In this document: piece after piece, positions 16,038 to 23,898 of the stretch | How the letters are laid out: every line of letters begins with the position of its first letter | How positions within the stretch are numbered: the first letter of the stretch is position 1 | Source of the DNA: Hyphomicrobiales bacterium | GTDB lineage: Bacteria > Pseudomonadota > Alphaproteobacteria > Rhizobiales > JAJFHC01 | Assembly: GCA_965227875.1 (NCBI GenBank) | Contig: OZ245783.1 | Span: 4,769,929-4,833,928, forward strand | Reading direction: 5' to 3' | Length of the DNA stretch: 64,000 nt | The notes under the pieces: model-generated | What the model saw: the letters and a program-made list of their open reading frames with translations, nothing else | Database searches by the model: none | Told to the model about the DNA's origin: nothing | Position numbers and translations under genes: made by a program

Positions 16038-17174
16038 CTACTGGGCGCCGAGATTCCATTTCAGCGACACGTTTCCGAACGTGTCATCCTTTCCGAGCTT
16101 GCCTGTTGTCCGGCCGACCTCTGTTTCCAGCCAGAAGCCCTCCGTCAGGCGGAATTCGGCGCCTCCGGTAAACTGCGGGTAGGAGTCGTCGCGCCCGTCT
16201 TCGCGTTCGGAGTGGAAATAGGCCGCCTCCGCCGAGACGTTCCACAGGGGCGACCCGGCACGGAAGCGCGCCGCAGCGACGCCCGTGTCCTGCTCGATGA
16301 AGGCGCCCGACCGCGTCGTGTCCGCGACGACTTCATCGAGCCGGAAACGCCCGTGCAGGACGAACTGGCTGTCGAAACCGAGGGGCTGGGTGTGCAGGCG
16401 AATGCCGAGCGTGCTCCAGAAAGCGATGCCCGCCCAGTCGAGGTCGTCAAGCGAACCGGACTTGCTGATCGCAGCGGGCGTCACGCCAAGCGTCCACGCC
16501 GACGGGTTGTTGAACGCGGGGGCGAAATCCTCCTTGCAGCGCTTCTTTTTCAGCGCCTGCAGGAGCAGTTTCTCCTCCGCGTCCCGACGCCGGAAAGCCG
16601 GACCATCCCCGAGCGGGTTGAGCACATCTCCGGTGACATGCGGCGGTGGCAACTCGGCGAACGCCTCGGCGAGGCAGCCGAGATAATCCCCGTTGCGGCG
16701 CGGATCGTGTTCTTCGGCGATCCAGGGCGTGACATGCAGACCGAGCGCGATCTGCGTGGACTTGTTCGAGCCCTCCGTCGATTTTGCCGTCGCCAGCGAC
16801 ACCTGCGTGTTGGTCAGCAGCCTCGTCATGTAGCTGCCCTGATAGTCCCCGAGCGAAACGGCATCGCCGTAGAAGACCAGGTAGGGATTGGTATCCAGCG
16901 CGACACCGGTCTGCAGGTCCCCGTTCCTGTCGATGGCGTTGAGAAGCGAAGCGCCGAGTTCGGTCGCCGTCGACGGGTTCGACGCGTTCTGCGGCGAAAG
17001 CCCGAGGATCGTGAACGCCGGAGATTTCGGCACGGAGACATCGACCTCCGGCACGTCGCCCATGTAGTGGTTTCCCAGGTGCACGCTTCCCGACTGCGCC
17101 GCCGCCATCTGCGGGACCGGAGCCAGGCACGCAACCGCGGCGAGGCAGGCCCATGTCCTGTAAATGTCTTTCAT
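16038..17174 (-). CDS. Hypothetical exported protein, possibly outer-membrane beta-barrel
   Basis: Signal peptide 'MKDIYRTWACLAAVACLAPVPQMAAAQ'. The C-terminal third has alternating hydrophobic beta-strand-like segments and ends 'VSLKWNLGAQ'. No family recognised. Confidence 0.6.
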   Translation of the reverse strand: MKDIYRTWACLAAVACLAPVPQMAAAQSGSVHLGNHYMGDVPEVDVSVPKSPAFTILGLSPQNASNPSTATELGASLLNAIDRNGDLQTGVALDTNPYLVFYGDAVSLGDYQGSYMTRLLTNTQVSLATAKSTEGSNKSTQIALGLHVTPWIAEEHDPRRNGDYLGCLAEAFAELPPPHVTGDVLNPLGDGPAFRRRDAEEKLLLQALKKKRCKEDFAPAFNNPSAWTLGVTPAAISKSGSLDDLDWAGIAFWSTLGIRLHTQPLGFDSQFVLHGRFRLDEVVADTTRSGAFIEQDTGVAAARFRAGSPLWNVSAEAAYFHSEREDGRDDSYPQFTGGAEFRLTEGFWLETEVGRTTGKLGKDDTFGNVSLKWNLGAQ

Positions 17175-17185
17175 GGCCGCCTCCC

Positions 17186-17581
17186 TCAGGATGCCGACAG
17201 AACGAAGCCGACATCGAAGGCGGCCACACCGTTCTTCAGCATCATGCGCTTCGTTCTCGGGCTGCCGCCCGCGTCGTCACCGCCCTGCAGGAACGACACG
17301 GTGACGCTTGCGAAGTTCTCCGGTCCCTGCGGGTTGATCAGCGGGGAGATGAAGCGCGCGGAAAGCGTAATGCCGACACCGTCGAGAACGGCGGCCGACC
17401 CACCAAGAACATGTTCCGGATTGTCTCCGCCAATGACGGTTCCCGAGTGCAGCAGGACGGGATCGGGTTCGCCCGGCAGGAACTTGTACAACCAGTAATT
17501 GGCCGCGTTGGCCTGTCCGAACTTCAGGCGGCACACGGGCGCGTCTGCGTTGGTATCGAGTTTGATGCTGTAACCGGCCAT
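17186..17581 (-). CDS. Hypothetical 131-aa protein (first gene of the hydrolase operon)
   Basis: ATG at 17581 follows GGAGGGAG. It ends 11 nt before the next gene. No signal peptide and no family recognised. Confidence 0.55.
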   Translation of the reverse strand: MAGYSIKLDTNADAPVCRLKFGQANAANYWLYKFLPGEPDPVLLHSGTVIGGDNPEHVLGGSAAVLDGVGITLSARFISPLINPQGPENFASVTVSFLQGGDDAGGSPRTKRMMLKNGVAAFDVGFVLSAS

Positions 17582-17805
17582 GTCGGTCTCCCTCCTCTGC
17601 AAAAGCCATAGGGCACGCTTCCGCCAATCTTCACCGGCGCTGGCCATACGTTTTCGCGCAGCGTGCCGTGGTGAAGATCAAGACTAGGAGGGGGGAAATC
17701 CGGCCTGCTGTGAGTAATGTGTGAATTGTGACGTTCGACGACTGTTCCGCGCCAAAACAACGACGAAAGAACACAGCCGGCGAGGACTGCGCATCACGCG
17801 CGATA

Positions 17806-17826
17806 CGCCCTTTTCCCGAAAGGGCG
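17806..17826 (-). terminator. Hairpin downstream of the 66-aa gene
   Basis: CGCCCTTT-tcccg-AAAGGGCG (8-bp stem) lies 18 nt after the stop at 17844. There is no U-tract, so the terminator call is tentative. Confidence 0.3.
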
Positions 17827-17843
17827 AGCGATCCTTCGATCGA

Positions 17844-18044
17844 TTACTGTGACGGAGGCCGCGGCGCGAGGTCCGCCTGGCTGATCCGGTCGGCGAGAAT
17901 GATCAACCAGTGGACAACGGCCTTCTGGTGATCCTCGAGTTCGCTCAGTTGCGAAACCTCGACAGCGGACTCCCTGAATTCCGACCATCTGAGGAAGAAA
18001 TCCATCAGGTCTTTCACGCAGACCTCCCGGTCGACTTGCGCCAT
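17844..18044 (-). CDS. Hypothetical 66-aa protein
   Basis: ATG at 18044 follows GAGGTGG. Sequence 'MAQVDREVCVKDLMDFFLRWSEFRESAVEVSQLSELEDHQKAVVHWLIILADRI'. Divergent from the regulator gene. Confidence 0.45.
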   Translation of the reverse strand: MAQVDREVCVKDLMDFFLRWSEFRESAVEVSQLSELEDHQKAVVHWLIILADRISQADLAPRPPSQ

Positions 18045-18225
18045 TTCCGTACCACCTCGAGCATCATGTACTGACGCCAACCTAAGAGACAGCGGCACCG
18101 TCTACGGCGTGAATAAAGTGTGAGGCAGGTTGGCAGCTCCCGGGGCCGGTGGTATCGATTGAATTGATCATCATTAAATACCTATCGAAAAGTAGTGTAT
18201 TCTATAGTGATTTCGGGGGTGCGCC

Positions 18226-19875
18226 ATGGCAGACAAACAAAACAGGATTTTGTCGGTCAATCTGTTTGGGGCATGCTTCGTTCAATCTGCAACCGGTGAC
18301 AGCTTCAGCATCACGGGAGACAAGCATCGCGCCCTGGTGGCCCTGCTCGTCACCGCTCCGTTCGGCCGCCGGTCCAGAACCTTCCTGCAGGAAACGCTGT
18401 GGGGGTCCGCGAACTACGATACCGGACGCCAGAACCTCCGCCGGGCCCTCTCCGACATCAAGCGCAGGATCGGGCCGGCGTTCGAAGGGCTTTTCCGGTC
18501 GACCAATTCCGACATCACCATAGACCTGACGAAGATCGAGTTTCTCGGACGTCCCGGGTCCGGTATTTTCCTCGACGGCCTCGACATTCCGATGGTCCAG
18601 TTCCAGCGCTGGCGCAACGCGATCAGGGACAACCCCAGCCAGCTCTACGCGTTGTACAGCCTCGAGGCGAAACTGCCCGAAACACAGATCGTGCCGTCGA
18701 TCGCCATCCTTCCCTTCCGCGCCTTGGGCGGATCCGACATGGAAAGCGTGATGGGCGACTGGCTGGCGGAAGAAATCTGCAGGTCGCTGTCACGGTCGAA
18801 CCTGTTGCACGTCATCTCGCATCTTTCCAGCCGCGTGCTCGCGAAGCGCGTCGTCGACATCGGCATGGTGCGCGCTGCATTCAACGTCGACTATTGCGTC
18901 ACGGGCACCCTGCGTCATGTGGACGGCCACTGGGTCCTCGACACCGACTTCGTGGATGTCCGGTCCGGAAAACTGCTCTGGACCCGCCAGTTCAAGCGTG
19001 ACCAGGCGACGTTCTTCAGCACGTCGGCCCAGGGCATCGGCGAACTGATTTCGGCCATCGGACGCTCGATCGCGGACGAAGCCATACGTCATGCGACGCA
19101 GAACCGGATGGACAGTCTCCGCGATCACCAGATGCTGATGGCGAGCGTCAGCCTCATGCACAAGATGACCCTCGCGGAGTTTGCGCGCTCGCGCGAGTTG
19201 CTCGAGGAGCTTCTGCGCCGGGCCCCGCATGCCGCCGAGGCCCACGCCTGGCTGGCCGAATGGTACGTGATGTCCATCTTCAACGGCTGGAGCACGGACC
19301 GGGAGCGCGACCAGTTGCTGGCCTGCGACAGCATTGCAAGAGCCCTCGACATCGAACCTGAAAACGCCTTCTGCATCACGATCGACGGCGTGGTGAACAA
19401 CAACCTGCTGCACCGGCTGGACCTGGCCGAAGACCGGTTCGACCACGCCCTGGAACTAAATCCGAACCAGGCGATGTCGTGGCTGTTCAAGGGCGTCGCG
19501 CACGCCTATCGGGACGATGCGGAAGAGGCGGTGAGCTGCGCGGAGAAGGCGCGGCGCCTGTCGCCGTTGGACCCGCTCGAGTATTTCTTCGACTCGCTCA
19601 GTGCGACCGCTCATCTCGCGGCAGAGAATTACGACAGGGCGCTGGAACTCGCCGACAACGCAATCCGCCTGAACAGCCGCGAGATATCCTCTCTCAGGGT
19701 CAAGATTTCATCGCTCTACCATCTCGGCCGCAAGGCGGAGGCGGTGGCCATCGCAAATCATCTGCTCGAACGCCAGCCGGGATTCCGCCTCGACCGTTAC
19801 GTGGCGGAACACCCGGCCGCGAATTTCAAGGTCGGTCGCAACATGGCCGAGGCACTGAAAGCCTGCGGTCTCTAG
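18226..19875 (+). CDS. SARP/BTAD-type winged-helix transcriptional regulator with TolB-N-like and TPR domains
   Basis: N-terminal 'ILSVNLFGACFV...GDKHRALVALLV...FLQETLWG...RQNLRRALSDIKRRIG' is a SARP-type wHTH. 'IAILPFRALGG...WLAEEI' follows. The C-terminal ~200 aa are TPR-like. Confidence 0.75.
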   Translation: MADKQNRILSVNLFGACFVQSATGDSFSITGDKHRALVALLVTAPFGRRSRTFLQETLWGSANYDTGRQNLRRALSDIKRRIGPAFEGLFRSTNSDITIDLTKIEFLGRPGSGIFLDGLDIPMVQFQRWRNAIRDNPSQLYALYSLEAKLPETQIVPSIAILPFRALGGSDMESVMGDWLAEEICRSLSRSNLLHVISHLSSRVLAKRVVDIGMVRAAFNVDYCVTGTLRHVDGHWVLDTDFVDVRSGKLLWTRQFKRDQATFFSTSAQGIGELISAIGRSIADEAIRHATQNRMDSLRDHQMLMASVSLMHKMTLAEFARSRELLEELLRRAPHAAEAHAWLAEWYVMSIFNGWSTDRERDQLLACDSIARALDIEPENAFCITIDGVVNNNLLHRLDLAEDRFDHALELNPNQAMSWLFKGVAHAYRDDAEEAVSCAEKARRLSPLDPLEYFFDSLSATAHLAAENYDRALELADNAIRLNSREISSLRVKISSLYHLGRKAEAVAIANHLLERQPGFRLDRYVAEHPAANFKVGRNMAEALKACGL

Positions 19876-19893
19876 AATTGGGGAGGAATTTCT

Positions 19894-21003
19894 ATGTCCT
19901 ATTTTGGCGCAATGCACGGGATGCACGGCATGCATGGGATGCACGGCATGCATGGAATGCACGGCATGCACGGGATGCATGGCATGCACGGAATGCAGTC
20001 TTCAGGCGGCGGCTCCGGGTCGCTCCTCGGCCTGCAGTCGAGTGCCCAGGCCATCGTCCAGGTTGCCAAGGACGAATACCTCGCAGACAGCTTTCTCGGG
20101 ATCCACGACTCCGGCGCGGCACCGGTCAGCCGCTGGGAACCGTATGTCCGGCAGATGCTATATCAGGTCGAGTTCCTGAACCGCTACCGGTGCGAAGCCG
20201 GAACCGACGGCGAAAATGGGGTCTCCGGCGTCTCGGTTTCCTGGGCCGGCGAACAATTGCTTTCCCTCGGCAATCCGCCCGAGGCCACATTCATCGCCCA
20301 GCTCGGCAAGACGGCCGCGGAGGCCAGCCAGCGGGTTCAGCGCTACGACGAGATCATCTCGCAGGCAGGCGCGTTTCCCGATTATTTCGGCATGCTTCTT
20401 TCCCTGACCATGCCGCAGTTCACCCACACGTTCGAACTCATCCAGACTGTACACGTCCTGGCCGGCTACGCGTCCATGCCGCCCAAGCACCTGCTCGCGT
20501 GCCGGCGGCCGAGCGAGATCGACGGCCGCCTGATGACCCTGCTGCCCAATCCCGGCCACGGCAGCTTTCCGAGCGGACATGCGACGCAGGCGACGGCGGT
20601 CGCCACCGTACTCGATCACCTGCTCGACGTTGTCGCAGAGCACTACCCCGACACGGAAAACAGAAAGCGGCTGATGAGGAAGCAGGCGCGGAGGATCGCC
20701 ACCAACAGGACGGTCGCCGGAATCCATTTCCCGATCGACCACACGGCCGGCGAACTTCTCGGCAAGCGGGTCGGTATCATGCTGCTGAGGGCATGCGGGG
20801 TGGCTGCGGCGGACACGCCTGTGAAACGAGCGACCTATACCGCGTACAGTGGCGACGCCTACGCCCAGTCGGTGAATGAGCCCATCGAGAAGGCCACCGG
20901 TGTCTCCGAAGACGACGAAGAAATCGCATCCACGGACCGGATCGAGGTGTTCGAGTGGCTGTGGTCGAAGTCGGTCGATGAATTCATCCGCAGAGCGGCA
21001 TGA
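19894..21003 (+). CDS. PAP2 / vanadium-haloperoxidase-like protein with N-terminal (Met-His-Gly)x9 repeat
   Basis: GGGAGGA lies 6 nt upstream. N-terminus is 'MSYFGA(MHG)9MQSSGGGSGS'. PAP2 tripartite motif is 'CRRPSE' ... 'FPSGHAT' ... 'NRTVAGIHFPID'. No TM segments or signal peptide. Confidence 0.75.
   Translation: MSYFGAMHGMHGMHGMHGMHGMHGMHGMHGMHGMQSSGGGSGSLLGLQSSAQAIVQVAKDEYLADSFLGIHDSGAAPVSRWEPYVRQMLYQVEFLNRYRCEAGTDGENGVSGVSVSWAGEQLLSLGNPPEATFIAQLGKTAAEASQRVQRYDEIISQAGAFPDYFGMLLSLTMPQFTHTFELIQTVHVLAGYASMPPKHLLACRRPSEIDGRLMTLLPNPGHGSFPSGHATQATAVATVLDHLLDVVAEHYPDTENRKRLMRKQARRIATNRTVAGIHFPIDHTAGELLGKRVGIMLLRACGVAAADTPVKRATYTAYSGDAYAQSVNEPIEKATGVSEDDEEIASTDRIEVFEWLWSKSVDEFIRRAA
19912..19992 (+). 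repeat. 9-bp in-frame tandem repeat ATGCA(C/T)GG(N) x9
   Basis: Read directly. Units start at 19912, 19921, ... 19984. Variation is only at synonymous third positions. Confidence 0.95.
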
Positions 21004-23348
21004 CGATGGACGACATCGCGCCGATCACCGGGACATCGATCCCTCAGAAGAAACTCGGGCCCTATGAACGCTGGATGGCGGAATTCGGCAAGGACTACGA
21101 CCTGCCGCCCATGTCGCTGCAGCACCCGTCCTACCTCTCCGGGATTGCCCGTTTCTCCCGGGCCCAGCCCACACTCCCCGCTCCAAATGACATGGCGGAC
21201 ACCGCTGTCACCGTGGGAAGCATGGGATCGTGGCGCCCGACACTCTCGCCGGTGATGTGGCGGGGGCCGCAGGGTCGCGAGTTCCATTATTCGTTTCTTC
21301 CCATGCTCATGGAGGCAAGGACAGGGACAGAAGATCCGGCCGGGGTTTTCAATGCGCAGGTTTTCGAGTCGCTTGTCGCCAGTCTCCATGAGGACTACGA
21401 CGCGCACATCATGAGGCAGAAAGAAATTGCGGATTCGTCCGATCCTTTCCCGGAGTTACCGCCGGGCTACGAGGGGTTTCTGGAGGATTTTCTTAACGAG
21501 CCCCCGCCCGATTTCAGTTTCGGCTTCCCTCTCCAGGCCCGGTCGGTGAACGTGTCGCAGTCGCCAGACGCCCCTCGGACCGTCTCGCGGGCCACGAGAT
21601 CCCAGGCGGTCTTCAAAGACGACGCCTACAATCCGGAAAAGCCGCTCGTGATCGTCGCCGTGATCGACGATGCAATTCCGTTCGCGCACAAGGCCTTCAG
21701 ATGCAAGGGCAGCGGAAAGACGCGGATCGACTATTTCTGGAGCCAGTCGGCGGAGGCCGACGGCACGATGCTTTTCGGGCGAGAGTTGTCCGGCCGCGCC
21801 ATCGACGACCTCATCATGCAACAAGACGGCGACGAGGACGTCCTGTATCGGCGGGCCGGCGTCCTCGGCGGAAACGGCGGGCCGGTTTCCGCGCTTGCAG
21901 GCAACTTCTCCCACGGCGCCCATGTCGCCGGGCTTGCGGCCGGGGACTGGCCGGCCGACAGCGATGCCAATGTCCGGATCATCGCGGTCGACCTGCCCGT
22001 ATCGAGCAGTTGGGATACATCGGGCTTCGGCAAGGACATGTTCGTCCTCAGCGCCATGCACTATATTTTCGACCGTGCGGACAGGATCGCGGAAGCCTAC
22101 GGATCCGACACCCCTCCCCTGATCGTCAATCTCAGCTATGGCTATTCCGGCGGGCCGAAAGACGGGACCGGTCTCATCGAACTCGCGATGGGCGAGATGG
22201 TCCATCATCGCCGCAGCGTTGTCCGCGCCCCGACGGCCCTCGTCATGCCGAGCGGCAACATGTTTCTCGACCGGTTGCACGCCGTGGTCACCGAAAAGCA
22301 TATCGCGAAAGGCAAAACGGCGACGTTGCCCTGGCGGATCCTCCCCGATGACCGGACATCCAGCTTTCTCGAAATCTGGCTTCCGGCAGGTGTCGGGGCC
22401 GATGATTTCCGTCTTGTCGTCAATAGCCCGGACGGCACCAGGGTCATCGAGGAGACAGGAACTGTCGAGTTGCCACGGACCGTCGACATGGACGTCGACG
22501 GAAAGCGGGTCGGCCAGTTTTCCATCGACCAGCGCGACACCACGAACGCGGCCGCGCGCGACAGTGGCGTACAGCCACAGACACGCATCATGCTCGCCCT
22601 TGCCCCGACGGAAACCATGTGCCATCTGCCGGCCGCGCCTGCGGGCCTGTGGACGGTGGAAATCTCCTACGCGGATGGAGCCGAGGAAGGGAAACTGCAG
22701 GGCTACACCACGAACATCGTGGGTGAACGCGTCCCTGCGGATATCCGTTGCTGGATCCAGAGAGACGTCTCGTTCGGAACCAACGACATCGGCGCGAAGC
22801 AGAGCATTTTCGACGATCCGCTCAACACGCTCTACGACAGTCATGGACGCCCGCACGACACCGACTCGGTATGGCGGGACGACTTCCTGGTACGGCGCTT
22901 CGGCAGCATCAACGGAATGTCGACCCACCCCACGGTTCTGGTCGTCGGTGGCTACGTCCGCAACGAGTACCGTCCGGCACCCTACAGTTCCGCGGGCTTC
23001 CTGCGAAAGAACGAGGCCTCGGAGTGGGCCTGGCTGGCCGGCGACCAGGTCGACTGCGTGGCCCCGAGCGAGGAGTCATGGATCGACTTCGGGATTCCGT
23101 CCATCGGAACAAGGTCGGGAATGCATGCGCGCATGAATGGCACGAGCGTCGCAGCACCCCAGGTCAGCCGGCGTCTGGCCCTGTATTTTTCCGGGCAGGA
23201 CCAGGCCCGGATGTCGGACGGAGACTGGATCCGGGAGACCGGCAATTATGTCCGCAAGCTCGAGCCCGACCGGAAGAAGTACCAATCCGTTCATGGAACG
23301 ATAAAACAGAAGGACGAGGCCCTGATCGGCCAGGGCCTGATCGACTAG
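21000..23348 (+). CDS. Large intracellular subtilisin-family (S8) serine peptidase
   Basis: ATGA overlap with the upstream stop. Asp 'VAVIDDAIPFAH', His 'NFSHGAHVAGLAAG', Asn 'MPSGN', Ser 'MNGTSVAAPQVS'. No signal peptide. The ~220-aa N-terminal region is unknown. Confidence 0.85.
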   Translation: MTMDDIAPITGTSIPQKKLGPYERWMAEFGKDYDLPPMSLQHPSYLSGIARFSRAQPTLPAPNDMADTAVTVGSMGSWRPTLSPVMWRGPQGREFHYSFLPMLMEARTGTEDPAGVFNAQVFESLVASLHEDYDAHIMRQKEIADSSDPFPELPPGYEGFLEDFLNEPPPDFSFGFPLQARSVNVSQSPDAPRTVSRATRSQAVFKDDAYNPEKPLVIVAVIDDAIPFAHKAFRCKGSGKTRIDYFWSQSAEADGTMLFGRELSGRAIDDLIMQQDGDEDVLYRRAGVLGGNGGPVSALAGNFSHGAHVAGLAAGDWPADSDANVRIIAVDLPVSSSWDTSGFGKDMFVLSAMHYIFDRADRIAEAYGSDTPPLIVNLSYGYSGGPKDGTGLIELAMGEMVHHRRSVVRAPTALVMPSGNMFLDRLHAVVTEKHIAKGKTATLPWRILPDDRTSSFLEIWLPAGVGADDFRLVVNSPDGTRVIEETGTVELPRTVDMDVDGKRVGQFSIDQRDTTNAAARDSGVQPQTRIMLALAPTETMCHLPAAPAGLWTVEISYADGAEEGKLQGYTTNIVGERVPADIRCWIQRDVSFGTNDIGAKQSIFDDPLNTLYDSHGRPHDTDSVWRDDFLVRRFGSINGMSTHPTVLVVGGYVRNEYRPAPYSSAGFLRKNEASEWAWLAGDQVDCVAPSEESWIDFGIPSIGTRSGMHARMNGTSVAAPQVSRRLALYFSGQDQARMSDGDWIRETGNYVRKLEPDRKKYQSVHGTIKQKDEALIGQGLID

Positions 23349-23494
23349 CGGCCGGCCGTGCCGGTCCGGACCGTCTGACGTTTCACCGAACGCGGACCTG
23401 ATTTTCGGCTCTTTCTTGTCGCCTCGCGTCCGGCGAGATCCACGATCCCCATTGCGGCCATCCACGGAGCGTAGACCGTGCCGCTCGGCGAGCG

Positions 23495-23860
23495 TCAGAT
23501 CATCCACAACACGGCGCCGGACACCACCGAGCCAAGGCACATCAGAACGGTTATCACGCTCAGGTGCCTGCGCGAAACCGGTTCCGCCGTGTGCGCATCG
23601 AGCCGCTTGTACATGTTGACCGAGGCCCTGTAGGCCGACACGAACATGATGAGCGAAATGACGACAAAGACGGACGCGGCCGACTTGGCGACCCAGGTCG
23701 GGTCCATCGCACCGAACACGGCCTGCAGACCGATGGCGATCCCGAGCGCGCCCATTCCCGTTCTCATCCAGCCGGCGAACGTCCTCTCGTTCGCGAGGAC
23801 CGTGCGATCCTCTGCCCACTCGGTGCGTTCTCGGGCGAGTTCCTGCCTGTCCGCCGTCAT
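23495..23860 (-). CDS. DUF202 (YidH-like) membrane protein
   Basis: 'ERTEWAEDRTVLANERTFAGWMRTGMG' followed by three hydrophobic helices. ATG at 23860. Confidence 0.75.
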   Translation of the reverse strand: MTADRQELARERTEWAEDRTVLANERTFAGWMRTGMGALGIAIGLQAVFGAMDPTWVAKSAASVFVVISLIMFVSAYRASVNMYKRLDAHTAEPVSRRHLSVITVLMCLGSVVSGAVLWMI

Positions 23861-23898
23861 GCCGTGCCACGCCCCTTTATCTCGCCCCAAGTCGTCAT

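Noticed and set aside
16212-17498. 428-aa plus-strand ORF opposite the 378-aa and 131-aa genes
   Set aside because: An Arg-rich shadow ORF. The minus-strand genes have a signal peptide, SD sequences and tight operon spacing.
19912-19992. Short tandem repeat array checked as possible CRISPR or minisatellite
   Set aside because: The units are 9 bp, contiguous with no spacers, and in frame within a CDS. It is a coding Met-His-Gly repeat, not a CRISPR array.
19479-20879. 466-aa ORF overlapping the regulator 3' end and the PAP2-like gene in another frame
   Set aside because: Its composition is extremely Arg/Pro/Gly-rich. The alternative frames contain TPR and PAP2 motifs with proper SD and start context.
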